From NCBI GenBank assembly GCA_044225365.1, contig JBGAIQ010000050.1:1-41640 (forward strand): DNA of 41,640 nt, read 5' to 3'. The stretch is from Planctomycetota bacterium (lineage in GTDB: Bacteria; Planctomycetota; B15-G4; JADJEK01). Below the pieces are notes generated by a model, which made no database searches, had not been told where the DNA came from, and saw only the letters and a list, made by a program, of their open reading frames with translations. Positions 25,670 through 35,500 of this stretch are shown in pieces. Every line of letters begins with the position of its first letter. The stretch's first letter is position 1. Made by a program: the position numbers and the translations under genes.

Positions 25670-28600
25670 ATGCGCACTTTCGCAGCGATGGCCTGCGGCC
25701 TTGTCCTCGGTTTGACGAGCACTGTCCACGCGGCCGATATCGTCTTGAAGAAGGTGATGTTCCCGACCACGCTCGGCGGGACGACGGGTCCGACCGCCGC
25801 ACCGACGGCGGCGCCCCTCTCGCAGCCGGTCGTGTTCGTCTTCAGCGGCACACCGATCTTCCCGAGTTCGATCTCGACGTCGATCCGGATCAGCGTCGAT
25901 CCGTCGAACAGCAAGGGGCAACCGGTGGGCCTCGCGGCCTTCGGAGATTTCGAAGCGAGCGGCAACACGATCATCTTCCGCCCGCGGTTGCCGAGCGGCC
26001 CGGTTCCGGATGGCTTCGCGCCGGGCACCGACATCGCGAACGATCCGACGCTCCCGGGTCTCCTCCCCGACACGACGTATCGGATCGAATTGCCGCTGAA
26101 GACCCCGAACTCGATCACCAATCTGAAGTCGTCGAACGTCGTGCTGCCGCTCGCGTTCACGACGAAGCCCGCGATCGCCGGTCCACTGCTGATCCCGTCG
26201 CTCTACTCCAACGCGCCGGCCAAGGCGCCGAAGATCGACAAGGCCAAGCTGAAGCCGAAATCGGGCACGAACGGAATCTCGCCGAACCTCTTCACCGATC
26301 CCGCGGGCCTCTTCTCGTCGATCCCGGCCTCGAAGAAGCCGCCGTTCAAGCTCCGCTTCACGAGCCCCGTCGATCCACAGGCCGACAACATCTCGCCGTC
26401 GAAGATCCGCCTGCGAGTGACGAAGGACGCGAACGATCAGCCTCTCGACAGCATCGTGCTGGCGGAGGTCGTGATGACGTCGAACACCTCCGAGGGCGCG
26501 AGCATCTCGCTCTACCCGCTCTCGATCCTGCCGCTGGGCAGCACGGTGACGATCGAGATCTCCGATCTCTTCCGAGCGCTGTTCGGCACCACGAAGAACG
26601 ATGGATCGACGCCCGAGGCGTTCCTCAAGGTCGCCGAATATCGCGTCGCGAACAGTCCGAATGGAACGCAGCCGATCGACGATGTCGTCGTCGAGAACTT
26701 CGATGACTCCGCCCACCTCGATGCCTCGATCGCGGTGAGCGAAGGGCTCCAGGTCGCGGGCTGGGACAACGACAACAGCAACGTGCTGAAGGCGAGCTTC
26801 GGCTTCGGTGGTGATGGCAGCCTCGGTCGGTTCGAGGCCGCGGACGTCGACATCACGATCAACCTCGACACCGACTTCCAGGCCCTGCCGTTGTTCTCCG
26901 GCGCGACGCCCGACGCGGCGCCCGGCACCACGGTGAAGGGCGGCGTCTTCAACTTCACGAGTTTCCATCTCCCGCCGAACGTGACCTTGCGCGCACGCGG
27001 CAGCAACCCCCTCGTCATCACCTGCACCGGCGATTGCTTGATCGAGGGTGTTATCGACCTCGATGGCGCGCCGGGCACGGTCGACGATACGTTCGATTCG
27101 GCGATCTCGCCGGCTCCGGGTGGTCAGGGCGGCGCGGGCGGCGGCAAGGGTGGCGACGGGCATCCCGTCGTGCTCCCGGCCGGCGGTGACTTCAATTTCA
27201 TGCAGACCCCGCAATTCGGCCAGAGCGGATTCGCGCCGAAGACCAAGGCGAACCCGAGTCCGACGAGCGGCGGCGGCGGCGGCGGTCAGTGCGGATGCAC
27301 GATGCCGTGGACCGGCTTCACCTCGAATCAGTGCACCAACTACGACGCCACCGGCGACGGCAGTCGCGGCAGCGGTGGTGGCGGCGGCTCGTTCAACGTG
27401 TTCTTCCCGAACGTCGGCGCGACGCAGACTTCGGGACAGGGACCCGAGACGCCCGGCGTTCTCGTCTCCGGTCGGCGTGGCGCGGTCGGTATGGGCAACC
27501 ATCTGCCGGTCGTGTTCGACGGCACGAAGCCGATCCCGAACGAGCCTGCGGCCTATCTGGCGCAGCCCGGCAATCCGACGAACGCGGTCGCGAAGCCAAG
27601 CACCAACCCGACGTTCCAGGAGGCCTACAACCAGAGTCCTTCGTTGGTCTACGACAACGGCCCCACGTTGATGAACGTCAACGCATCGAACTGGGCGAAG
27701 ACGACGAAGGTGACCTTGCCGGGCGCGGCGGGCCCGATGGTGTTCACCGACTCCGATAACACGAACAACTTCATCGGCCCCGGTGGCGAGCTCTCCGAGA
27801 TTCGCGGCGGCCAGGGTGGCGGCGGCGCGGGTAGCCGAACCGAAGGCCTGTCGCAGATCTGCAAGGCCGTCATCTTCACGAACCTCGGCCTCCCGTTCAC
27901 CGTGCTCGACGCCAAGGGCGGCGGCGGTGGCGGTGCGGGCGGCGCGATCGAGATCCAGGCGCTCGGCACGATCACGCTGCAGGGTGCGAAGGCGAAGATC
28001 TCCGCGAAGGGCGGAATCGGCGGAAGCTCGGAGGAGATCGGTAGCAGCAGCCGCGGCGGCGCGGCGGGCGGCGGTTCGGGTGGCTGCATCGTGCTGCAGT
28101 CGGCGACGGCGGTCGATCTCAGCGATCCCGCGCTCGTCGGGTTCGCACTCGACGTCTCCCCGGGCCCGGGTCGCGAAGCGGCGATCCTCACGGGTGCGGT
28201 GAACGCCGGCGTCGCGGGCGGTGAACAGAAGACCCTTCAGGTCGGCGACGGCGGACCGGGCGCCCCGGGCCTCGTCCAGATCCACGTTCCGCCTGCGGCG
28301 CAGGGACTCGTCAACAAGGCGCACATCGGCGCCGACATCTCCTACTCGATGTTCAACATCCTGTCGGGCACCGGTGTCAACGACGGTCTCGACCCGTTCG
28401 ATCCTCTCGTGCCGATGGCGAAGACTCCGACGCCGATCACTCCGCAGTCGGTCGCGCGCTCGACGTGGTACGACCTCGGTCTCATCACGAGTGCGTTCCG
28501 GCCGAAGATCTCGACCTCGGCGGGGCTCATCGACGGACCGATCTTCGGCGTCCCCGGCGAAGGACCGTTCTTCAAGGGCACCGACAAGGACACGGGCCTC

Positions 28601-28939
28601 GTTCAGACCGACGCGGCGGGCAACGTTTCCTCGCCGTTCACGAACGACCTCGAGGTCGATGCGCCGGACATCCTGAAGGCCGACTTCATCCCGCAGGGAC
28701 CGACCGCGTTCCAGAGCGTGAAGGTCGAGTTCCAGGGTGCCGACGAGGATCCGCAGAACCCGGGTCTGCCCAATACGGCGACGGCGACGGGGTGGGTGAC
28801 CGATGCAACGCTCGTCAACGGTCGGCGGTTCATCCGCTTCCAGGTCCTGTTCGACATCGCGACGAATCCGCTCGTTCCGGTGACGCCGTCGACTCCGCGG
28901 CCGCAGGTCAACTTCCTGAAGATCCCCTTCAAGTACTGA
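25670..28939 (+). CDS. Secreted glycine-rich surface protein, paralog 1 (1089 aa)
   Basis: GGAG RBS and signal peptide (..VHA-A). Two Ig-like segments (GLLPDTTYRIEL), a Gly-run core and C-terminus RFIRFQVLFD...PRPQVNFLKIPFKY. Confidence 0.85.
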   Translation: MRTFAAMACGLVLGLTSTVHAADIVLKKVMFPTTLGGTTGPTAAPTAAPLSQPVVFVFSGTPIFPSSISTSIRISVDPSNSKGQPVGLAAFGDFEASGNTIIFRPRLPSGPVPDGFAPGTDIANDPTLPGLLPDTTYRIELPLKTPNSITNLKSSNVVLPLAFTTKPAIAGPLLIPSLYSNAPAKAPKIDKAKLKPKSGTNGISPNLFTDPAGLFSSIPASKKPPFKLRFTSPVDPQADNISPSKIRLRVTKDANDQPLDSIVLAEVVMTSNTSEGASISLYPLSILPLGSTVTIEISDLFRALFGTTKNDGSTPEAFLKVAEYRVANSPNGTQPIDDVVVENFDDSAHLDASIAVSEGLQVAGWDNDNSNVLKASFGFGGDGSLGRFEAADVDITINLDTDFQALPLFSGATPDAAPGTTVKGGVFNFTSFHLPPNVTLRARGSNPLVITCTGDCLIEGVIDLDGAPGTVDDTFDSAISPAPGGQGGAGGGKGGDGHPVVLPAGGDFNFMQTPQFGQSGFAPKTKANPSPTSGGGGGGQCGCTMPWTGFTSNQCTNYDATGDGSRGSGGGGGSFNVFFPNVGATQTSGQGPETPGVLVSGRRGAVGMGNHLPVVFDGTKPIPNEPAAYLAQPGNPTNAVAKPSTNPTFQEAYNQSPSLVYDNGPTLMNVNASNWAKTTKVTLPGAAGPMVFTDSDNTNNFIGPGGELSEIRGGQGGGGAGSRTEGLSQICKAVIFTNLGLPFTVLDAKGGGGGGAGGAIEIQALGTITLQGAKAKISAKGGIGGSSEEIGSSSRGGAAGGGSGGCIVLQSATAVDLSDPALVGFALDVSPGPGREAAILTGAVNAGVAGGEQKTLQVGDGGPGAPGLVQIHVPPAAQGLVNKAHIGADISYSMFNILSGTGVNDGLDPFDPLVPMAKTPTPITPQSVARSTWYDLGLITSAFRPKISTSAGLIDGPIFGVPGEGPFFKGTDKDTGLVQTDAAGNVSSPFTNDLEVDAPDILKADFIPQGPTAFQSVKVEFQGADEDPQNPGLPNTATATGWVTDATLVNGRRFIRFQVLFDIATNPLVPVTPSTPRPQVNFLKIPFKY

Positions 28940-28962
28940 TCGCGTTTCGCTCGCGCGCCTTC

Positions 28963-29002
28963 CGAAGAACCCGTCCCCGCCCCGGCGAGGACGGGTTCTT
29001 CG
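28963..29002 (+). terminator. Strong stem-loop after paralog 1 (terminator or mRNA-stabilising hairpin)
   Basis: cgaagaacccgtcc / ggacgggttcttcg 14-bp perfect stem starting 24 nt after the stop. The U-tract is weak. Confidence 0.6.
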
Positions 29003-29145
29003 TTCCTATCGACCGAGCCGGTCGTGGGCTCGCCACACTCCAAACCGCAAGACTCGGTTGCTTCCGCGTTCGTGAGCGGTACTCGGGTCGATCGCTGGCT
29101 GTTGCGAGCGGCGCCCTCGCGCCTGACCCGGAAGGAGATCGAACG

Positions 29146-32100
29146 ATGCGGATTCGAAGCACGGTTGCGATTCTGTTCGGCATCGCCATCGCAAGTCCCG
29201 CCATCGCCGCGGAGATCGTGCTCAAGAAGATCGCGTTTCCCGCAACGCTCGCGGGAACGACGGGGACCTCGACTCCGCCCACGGGCGCGCCGTTGTCGCA
29301 ACCGATCGTCTTCACCTTCAGCGGCGCCCCCGTCTTCACGAAGGCCGTGTCCACTTCGATCCGCATCACGGTCGATCCGGCGAACATCGGCGGCCAACCC
29401 ATTGGTGCGGCCGCGCTCGGGGAATTCGAAGTCGACGGCAATCTCGTGATCTTCCGGCCGCGGCTGCCGAGCGGGCCGGTGCCCGACAGTTTCTCGCCGA
29501 CCACCGACATCGCCGCCGATTCGAGCTTGCCCGGTCTCCTTCCCGACACGCTCTATCGGATCGAGGTCCCCGACAAGGGGCCGAACTCGATCAAGAACCT
29601 GAAGGGCTCGAACGTTCCCTTGCCGCTCAACTTCAAGACGAAACCCGCGATCGCGGGTCCGACCTTGATTCCGTCGCTGTTCTCGAACGCGCCCGCGAAG
29701 GCGCCGAAGGCCGACAAGTCGAAGCTGAAGCCGAAGGCGGGCACGAACGGGATCTCGCCCAATCCGTTCTCGGATCCCGCGAACCTCTTCGGTTCGATTC
29801 CCAAGGACAAACTCCCCCCGTTCAAGGTTCGCTTCGACCTCGCGCTCGATCCACAGACGGACAACATCGCTTCGTCGCACTTCCGTTTGCGGACCCTCGA
29901 GGATGCAGACGGCTCGCCGCTCGATGCCGTTCTTGCCTCCGAGGCCATCCTCACCGGCAACGACTTCGAGGGCGCGACGGTGTACGTCTATCCCCTGTCG
30001 ATCCTCCCGCTCGGGGCCACGATCGCGCTCGAGATCTCCGACCATTTGCGTTCGCTCGCCGGGACCACGCAGGGCGACCCGGCGAGTTTGGAGACCTTCA
30101 GCGCGATCGCGACCTATCGCGTGGCGAAGGACCCCACCGGGGGAAAACCGCTCGACGACGCTCTGTTCGAGAACTTCGATACCGCGGCCCGCCAGGATAC
30201 GTCGATCGCCGCGACGGACGGTGTTCAACTCGCAGGCTGGGACGCGGGCAACAGCAACTCGCTGCAGGCGGCTTTCGGCTTCGGTGGCACGGGCGCCCTC
30301 GGGCGATTCGAGGGCCCGCTCTCCACGATCACGATCGATCTGGATACCGATTTCCAGACGCTGCCCCTGTTCTCCGGAGCGACTCCCGACGTCGCGCCGG
30401 GCACGATCGTGAAGGGCGGAGTCTTCGACTTCACGACCTTCCATCTGCCACCCAACGTGACGCTGCGCGCGCACGGCAGCCACCCGCTCGTGATCACCTG
30501 CACGGGCGATTGCTGGATCGAAGGCAAGATCGACCTCGACGGCGGCAACGGCACGAGCGACCAGACCTTCGACTCCGCGGTCGCTCCGATGCCTGGCGGT
30601 TCCGCGGGAGCGGGCGGCGGCAAGGGCGGCGATGGGCATCCCGTCCAACTCCCGGCGAGCGGGCAATTCAGCCTCATGCTGACTCCCCAGTTCGGGCAGA
30701 GCGGATTCGCTCCCAAGACGAAGTCGAATCCCAATCCGAATGGCGGCGGTGGTGGCGGCGGGCAGTCGGGCGCGACGCTACCGTGGCCCTTCACGAGCAA
30801 CCAGTGCAACGATCCCGCGATCACCGGCGACGGCAGCCGCGGCGCGGGCGGCGGCGGCGGTTCGTTCGCGAAGTTCCTGCCGAACGTCGGCGCAACGCAG
30901 ACGGGCGGGATCGGGCCCGAGCCCAATGGGATCAAGGTCTCGGCGCGACCGGGCGCTGTGGGTATCGGCAATCATCTGCCCGTGCCGTTCGACGCGTCGA
31001 AGCCGAGTCCGCCCGAACCGCAGTGCTACGACGCCCAGCCCGGGAACCCCACGAACGCGGTCGCCCGAATCAATCCGAATCCGACGTTCGCCGAGGCCTA
31101 CGCGCAAGGGCTCATCTACGACAACCCCAATGTCGCCGGACTCATGAACGTCGCCGGATCCACGTGGGCGCAGACCAAGCACGTAACGCTCGGCGGCACC
31201 GCGGGCCCGATGGTGTTCACCGATTCGAACGAGGACAACGACTTCATCGGCCCGGGCGGAGAGCTCAGCGACCTGCGCGGCGGGCAGGGCGGCGGCGGCG
31301 GCGGCAGCCGGACGGAGGGTCTCTCGCAGACCTGCAAGCCCGTCATCTTCCAGTCGCTCGGACTCCCGTTCACCGTGCTCGACGCCCGCGGCGGCGGCGG
31401 CGGTGGTGGCGGCGGCGCGATCAAGATCGCAGCGCTCGGCAAGATCCGCTTCACCGGGAGCAAGGCGACGATCACCGCTCGCGGCGGGAACGGCGGTGGC
31501 GGCGAGCAGATCGGAACCGGCGACCGCGGCGGTAATGGCGGCGGCGGCGCGGGCGGCGCCATCGTCCTGCAGTCCGCCGTCGGGGTCGAATTGAACGATC
31601 CCCTCAACCTCGCGGTCTACGTGCTCGACGTGTCGGCGGGCGCGGGCAGAGATGGCGCGGTTCTGTCGAGCAACCCGAACGCGGGCGTGCCGGGCGGCGA
31701 GCAGAAGACGCTTCAAGTCGGCGACGGCGGGCCGGGCGCTCCGGGTCTGATCCAGATCCACGTTCCTGCCGGAACGACGGGATCGATCGACACCTCGAAG
31801 ATCGGCGGCGACGTCAACTACTCGATGTACAACATGGCCGTAGGCACCGGCGCGAACGACGGTACGGATCGCTTCCCCGCGCTCGTGCCGTTCGAGAAGA
31901 CGCCGACGCCGCTCACTCCGCAATCCGTCGCGCGTTCGACCTGGTACGACCTCGGGCTCGTCACCGCGGCGTTCCGGCCGCCCGTGCCGACCGCCGCTGG
32001 ACCGATCGCAGGCCCGGTGTTCGGCGTTCCCGGCACGGGGCCCTACTTCCACGGCACCGACGCGAGCAACGGGTTCGTTCTCACCGATGGCGTCGGCAAT

Positions 32101-32418
32101 GTCGTGACGCCGTTCTCGAACGACATCGAGGTGGACTCGCCCGGTCTGCTGCAATCGGACTTCATCCCACAAGGCGAAGCCAACGCGTTCCAGAGCGTGA
32201 AAGTCGAGTTCCAGGGCGCCGACGAATCCGCGACGAATCCCGGACTTCCCGACCTCAGCACGGCCACCGCGTTCGTCACCGACGCCACCGCGCTGAACGG
32301 AAAGCGCTTCATTCGTTGGCAGATCACGTTCGACATCGCGACCAATCCGCTCGTGCCGGTGACGCCGAGTACACCGCGACCGCAGGTCAATCTGCTGCGG
32401 ATCCCCTTCAAGTACTGA
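29146..32418 (+). CDS. Secreted glycine-rich surface protein, paralog 2 (1090 aa)
   Basis: AAGGAG RBS and signal peptide (..AIA-A). Colinear with paralogs 1 and 3. Ends PRPQVNLLRIPFKY. Confidence 0.85.
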   Translation: MRIRSTVAILFGIAIASPAIAAEIVLKKIAFPATLAGTTGTSTPPTGAPLSQPIVFTFSGAPVFTKAVSTSIRITVDPANIGGQPIGAAALGEFEVDGNLVIFRPRLPSGPVPDSFSPTTDIAADSSLPGLLPDTLYRIEVPDKGPNSIKNLKGSNVPLPLNFKTKPAIAGPTLIPSLFSNAPAKAPKADKSKLKPKAGTNGISPNPFSDPANLFGSIPKDKLPPFKVRFDLALDPQTDNIASSHFRLRTLEDADGSPLDAVLASEAILTGNDFEGATVYVYPLSILPLGATIALEISDHLRSLAGTTQGDPASLETFSAIATYRVAKDPTGGKPLDDALFENFDTAARQDTSIAATDGVQLAGWDAGNSNSLQAAFGFGGTGALGRFEGPLSTITIDLDTDFQTLPLFSGATPDVAPGTIVKGGVFDFTTFHLPPNVTLRAHGSHPLVITCTGDCWIEGKIDLDGGNGTSDQTFDSAVAPMPGGSAGAGGGKGGDGHPVQLPASGQFSLMLTPQFGQSGFAPKTKSNPNPNGGGGGGGQSGATLPWPFTSNQCNDPAITGDGSRGAGGGGGSFAKFLPNVGATQTGGIGPEPNGIKVSARPGAVGIGNHLPVPFDASKPSPPEPQCYDAQPGNPTNAVARINPNPTFAEAYAQGLIYDNPNVAGLMNVAGSTWAQTKHVTLGGTAGPMVFTDSNEDNDFIGPGGELSDLRGGQGGGGGGSRTEGLSQTCKPVIFQSLGLPFTVLDARGGGGGGGGGAIKIAALGKIRFTGSKATITARGGNGGGGEQIGTGDRGGNGGGGAGGAIVLQSAVGVELNDPLNLAVYVLDVSAGAGRDGAVLSSNPNAGVPGGEQKTLQVGDGGPGAPGLIQIHVPAGTTGSIDTSKIGGDVNYSMYNMAVGTGANDGTDRFPALVPFEKTPTPLTPQSVARSTWYDLGLVTAAFRPPVPTAAGPIAGPVFGVPGTGPYFHGTDASNGFVLTDGVGNVVTPFSNDIEVDSPGLLQSDFIPQGEANAFQSVKVEFQGADESATNPGLPDLSTATAFVTDATALNGKRFIRWQITFDIATNPLVPVTPSTPRPQVNLLRIPFKY

Positions 32419-32544
32419 GTCTCGAGATCGCCGAATTCGGGCTTCTCGTCGATTCGCCTCGCCCCGGCGAGGAGAGCACGGAATAATGATCGCTGCGTTG
32501 CCCATGGAATCTCCTCCGGGCGGCGCGCGCTGGGAGTCGAGTGC

Positions 32545-35500
32545 ATGCGAATCTCGATCGTCGTTGCGGGTTTCGTCTGCGCACTCGTCGCGAGGGAGGC
32601 CCTCGCCGGCAACGTGGTGCTGAAGAAGGTCCTGTTCCCCAACACGCTCGCCGGCGTCACCGGGCCTTCGACGGCGCCGACGAGCGCGCCGCTGTCGCAA
32701 CCGATCGTCTTCGTCTTCTCCGGTGCGCCCGCGTTCCCCAACTCCATCTCGACGTCGATTCGTATCACGGTCGATCCCTCGAACGGCAAGGGCCAGCCGA
32801 TCGGACTTCCGGCGCTCGGCGACTTCGAAGTCGCGGGCAGTACCCTGATCTTTCGTCCGCGTCTGCCGACGGGTCCGGTCCCGGACGGCTTTGCGCCAGG
32901 GACCGATATCGCCACGGACTCGAGTCTGCCGGGCCTTCTCCCCGACACGATCTATCGCATCGAGGTGCCGCAGAAGACTCCGAACTCGATCACGAACCTG
33001 ACGGGTTCGGACGTCGTGCTGCCCCTCGCATTCACGACGAAGCCCGCGGTCGCGGGGCCGTTGCTCGTCCCCTCGCTGTTCTCGAACGCCCCGAGCAAGG
33101 CGCCGAAGGTCGCCAAGGCAAAGCTGAAGCCGAAGGCCGGGACGTCGGGGATCTCGCCCAATCTCTACACGGACCCGGCGAACCTGTTCTCGTCGATTCC
33201 CCCGAGCAAGCGTCCGCCCTTCCGCCTGCGATTCAATGGCGCGCTCGATCCGCAGGCCGACAACATCGCTTCGACGCGGATTCGGCTGCGCGTCACTCGC
33301 GATGCGAACGGGCAACCCGTCGACAAGGTCGTCGCCACCGAAGTGGTCTTGACGTCCAACTCGCCGGACGGCGCGACGGTGCTCGTGTATCCGATGTCGA
33401 TCCTCCCACTCGGGTGCACGTTGACGCTCGAAGTGTCGAACGAGCTGCGATCCCTGATCGGCACGATGGCGAACGATGGCGCCATGCCCGAGACCTTCAA
33501 GAAGATCGCCGACTATCACATCGCGACCGACCCCACGGTCGGGCAACCGATCGACGACTCGATCGACGAGACCTTCGATACCGTCGCCCACTTCGATCCC
33601 TCGGTCGCGGTGACCGAAGGTGCGCAGGTCGCGGGCTGGAATGCCAACGAGAGTCACTCGCTGCGCGCTTCGTTCGGCTTTGGCGGCGATGGCGCGCTCG
33701 GGCGATTCGAAGCCCCCGACATCGACATCACGATCAACATCGACACCGATTTCCAGGCGCTGCCGTTGTTCTCGGGTGCGACGCCGGACGCGGCGCCGGG
33801 CACCGCGGTGAAGGGGGGCGTGTTCGACTTCACGACGTTCCATCTGCCGCCGAACGTGACGCTGCGCGCGCGCGGCAGCAACCCGCTCGTCATCACCTGC
33901 ACCGGTGAATGCGTCATCGAGGGTCTCATCGATCTCGACGGGGCCGACGGCACGAGCGACGACACATTCGACTCGGCGATCGCACCGATGCCGGGCGGCC
34001 AGGCAGGCGCGGGCGGCGGCAAGGGCGGCGATGGCCATCCTGTCCAGCTTCCCGCGGGCGGGGACTTCAACTTCATGCAGTCGCCTCCGTTCGGCCAGAG
34101 CGGCTTCGCGCCGCGGACGAAGGAGAACCCCCATCCGACGAGCGGTGGTGGCGGCGGTGGGCAATCCGGAGCGACACAGCCCTGGCCGTTCCCCAACAAT
34201 CAGTGCTCTTCGCCGGCAGATCAGGGCGACGGGAGCCGCGGGTCCGGCGGCGGCGGTGGGTCGTTCAACTCGTTCCTGCCGAACATCGGCGCGACGTCGG
34301 TCAACAACGTCGGCCCGGAGCCGAATGGGGTGTACGTCTCCGGAAGGCGCGGCGGAGTCGGCATCGGCAATCATCTCCCGGTCACCTTCGACGGCACGAA
34401 GCCGATCCCGGGAGAGCCCGCTTGTTATCAGGCGGCGCCGGGCAATCCGACGAATGCAGTCGCCCGCGTCAATCCGAACCCAACGTTCGCCGAGGCCTAC
34501 AACCAAGGTCTCATCTTCGACAACCCAACGGCGCTCGGCCTGATGAACGTCGCCGCGTCCAACTGGGCGCAGACGAAGAAAGTGACGCTCGCGGGAGCGG
34601 CGGGGCCCTTCACGTTCCCGGACTCGGACCCGACGAACAACTTCATCGGTCCCGGCGGCGAGATCGCAGACGTGCGCGGTGGCCAAGGTGGCGGCGGTGG
34701 TGGCACTCGCACCGAAGGACTCGCTCAGATCTGCAAGCCGATCATCTTCGTTGCGCTCGGCCTACCGTTCACCGTGAACGACGCGCGCGGTGCGGGTGGA
34801 GGGGGCGGCGGCGGAGCGATCAAGATCGCGGCACTCGGCAAGATCGAGTTCAAGGGCAGCAAGGCCCGGATCTCGGCACGTGGCGCGAACGGCGGCGGCT
34901 CGGAGGAGACCGAGAACGGCGGACGCGGCGGCAACGGCGGCGGCGGTGCGGGCGGGTGCATCGTCCTGCAGTCCGCGACGCAGGTCCTCCTGAACGATCC
35001 CACGCTGCCTTCGCCCTACGTACTCGACGTCACCGCGGGCTGCGGCAAGGACGCGCTCCTGCTCGCGGTCAATCCGAGTCTCGGTCTCGCGGGCGGGGAG
35101 CAGCGCACGCTCCAGGTCGGCGACGGTGGTCCCGGCGCGCCGGGATTGATCCAGATCCACGTCCCCGAGGGCACGACGGGCTCGATCAACACGGCGAAGG
35201 TCGGTGGCGACGTCAACTACTCCGCGTTCAACATGGATTGTGGCGCGGGCGCGTTCGATGGCATGGATCCGTTCCCGGCGCTCGTCCCGTTCGAGAAGAC
35301 GCCGACGCCGCTCACTCCGCAGTCGATCGGGCGTTCGACGTGGTACGACCTCGGCTTGGTCACGAGCGAGTTCCGGCCGTTGATCGGAACGAGCGCTGGA
35401 TTGCTCGGTGGTCCTCTCTTCGGCGTGCCAGGAGCCGGCCCCTTCTTCCACGGCACCGATCCACTCACCGGGCTCGTAGAGACCGACGCTCTTGGCAACG

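Noticed and set aside
28465-29145. N-terminal extension of paralog 2 (1317-aa ORF) or a frameshift fusion of P1 and P2
   Set aside because: P2 has its own AAGGAG RBS and signal peptide at 29146. The extension is an off-frame reading of P1, which ends normally and is followed by a hairpin.
25548-32503. Shared GATC-N5-7-GTTGC motif upstream of each paralog (25548, 29090, 32488)
   Set aside because: It is short, variably spaced and at inconsistent distances from the starts, so it cannot be distinguished from chance by eye.
25589-34686. Long minus-strand ORFs (911, 687 and 1302 aa) that resemble each other
   Set aside because: They are shadows of the three paralogs, and their mutual similarity simply mirrors the sense-strand duplication.
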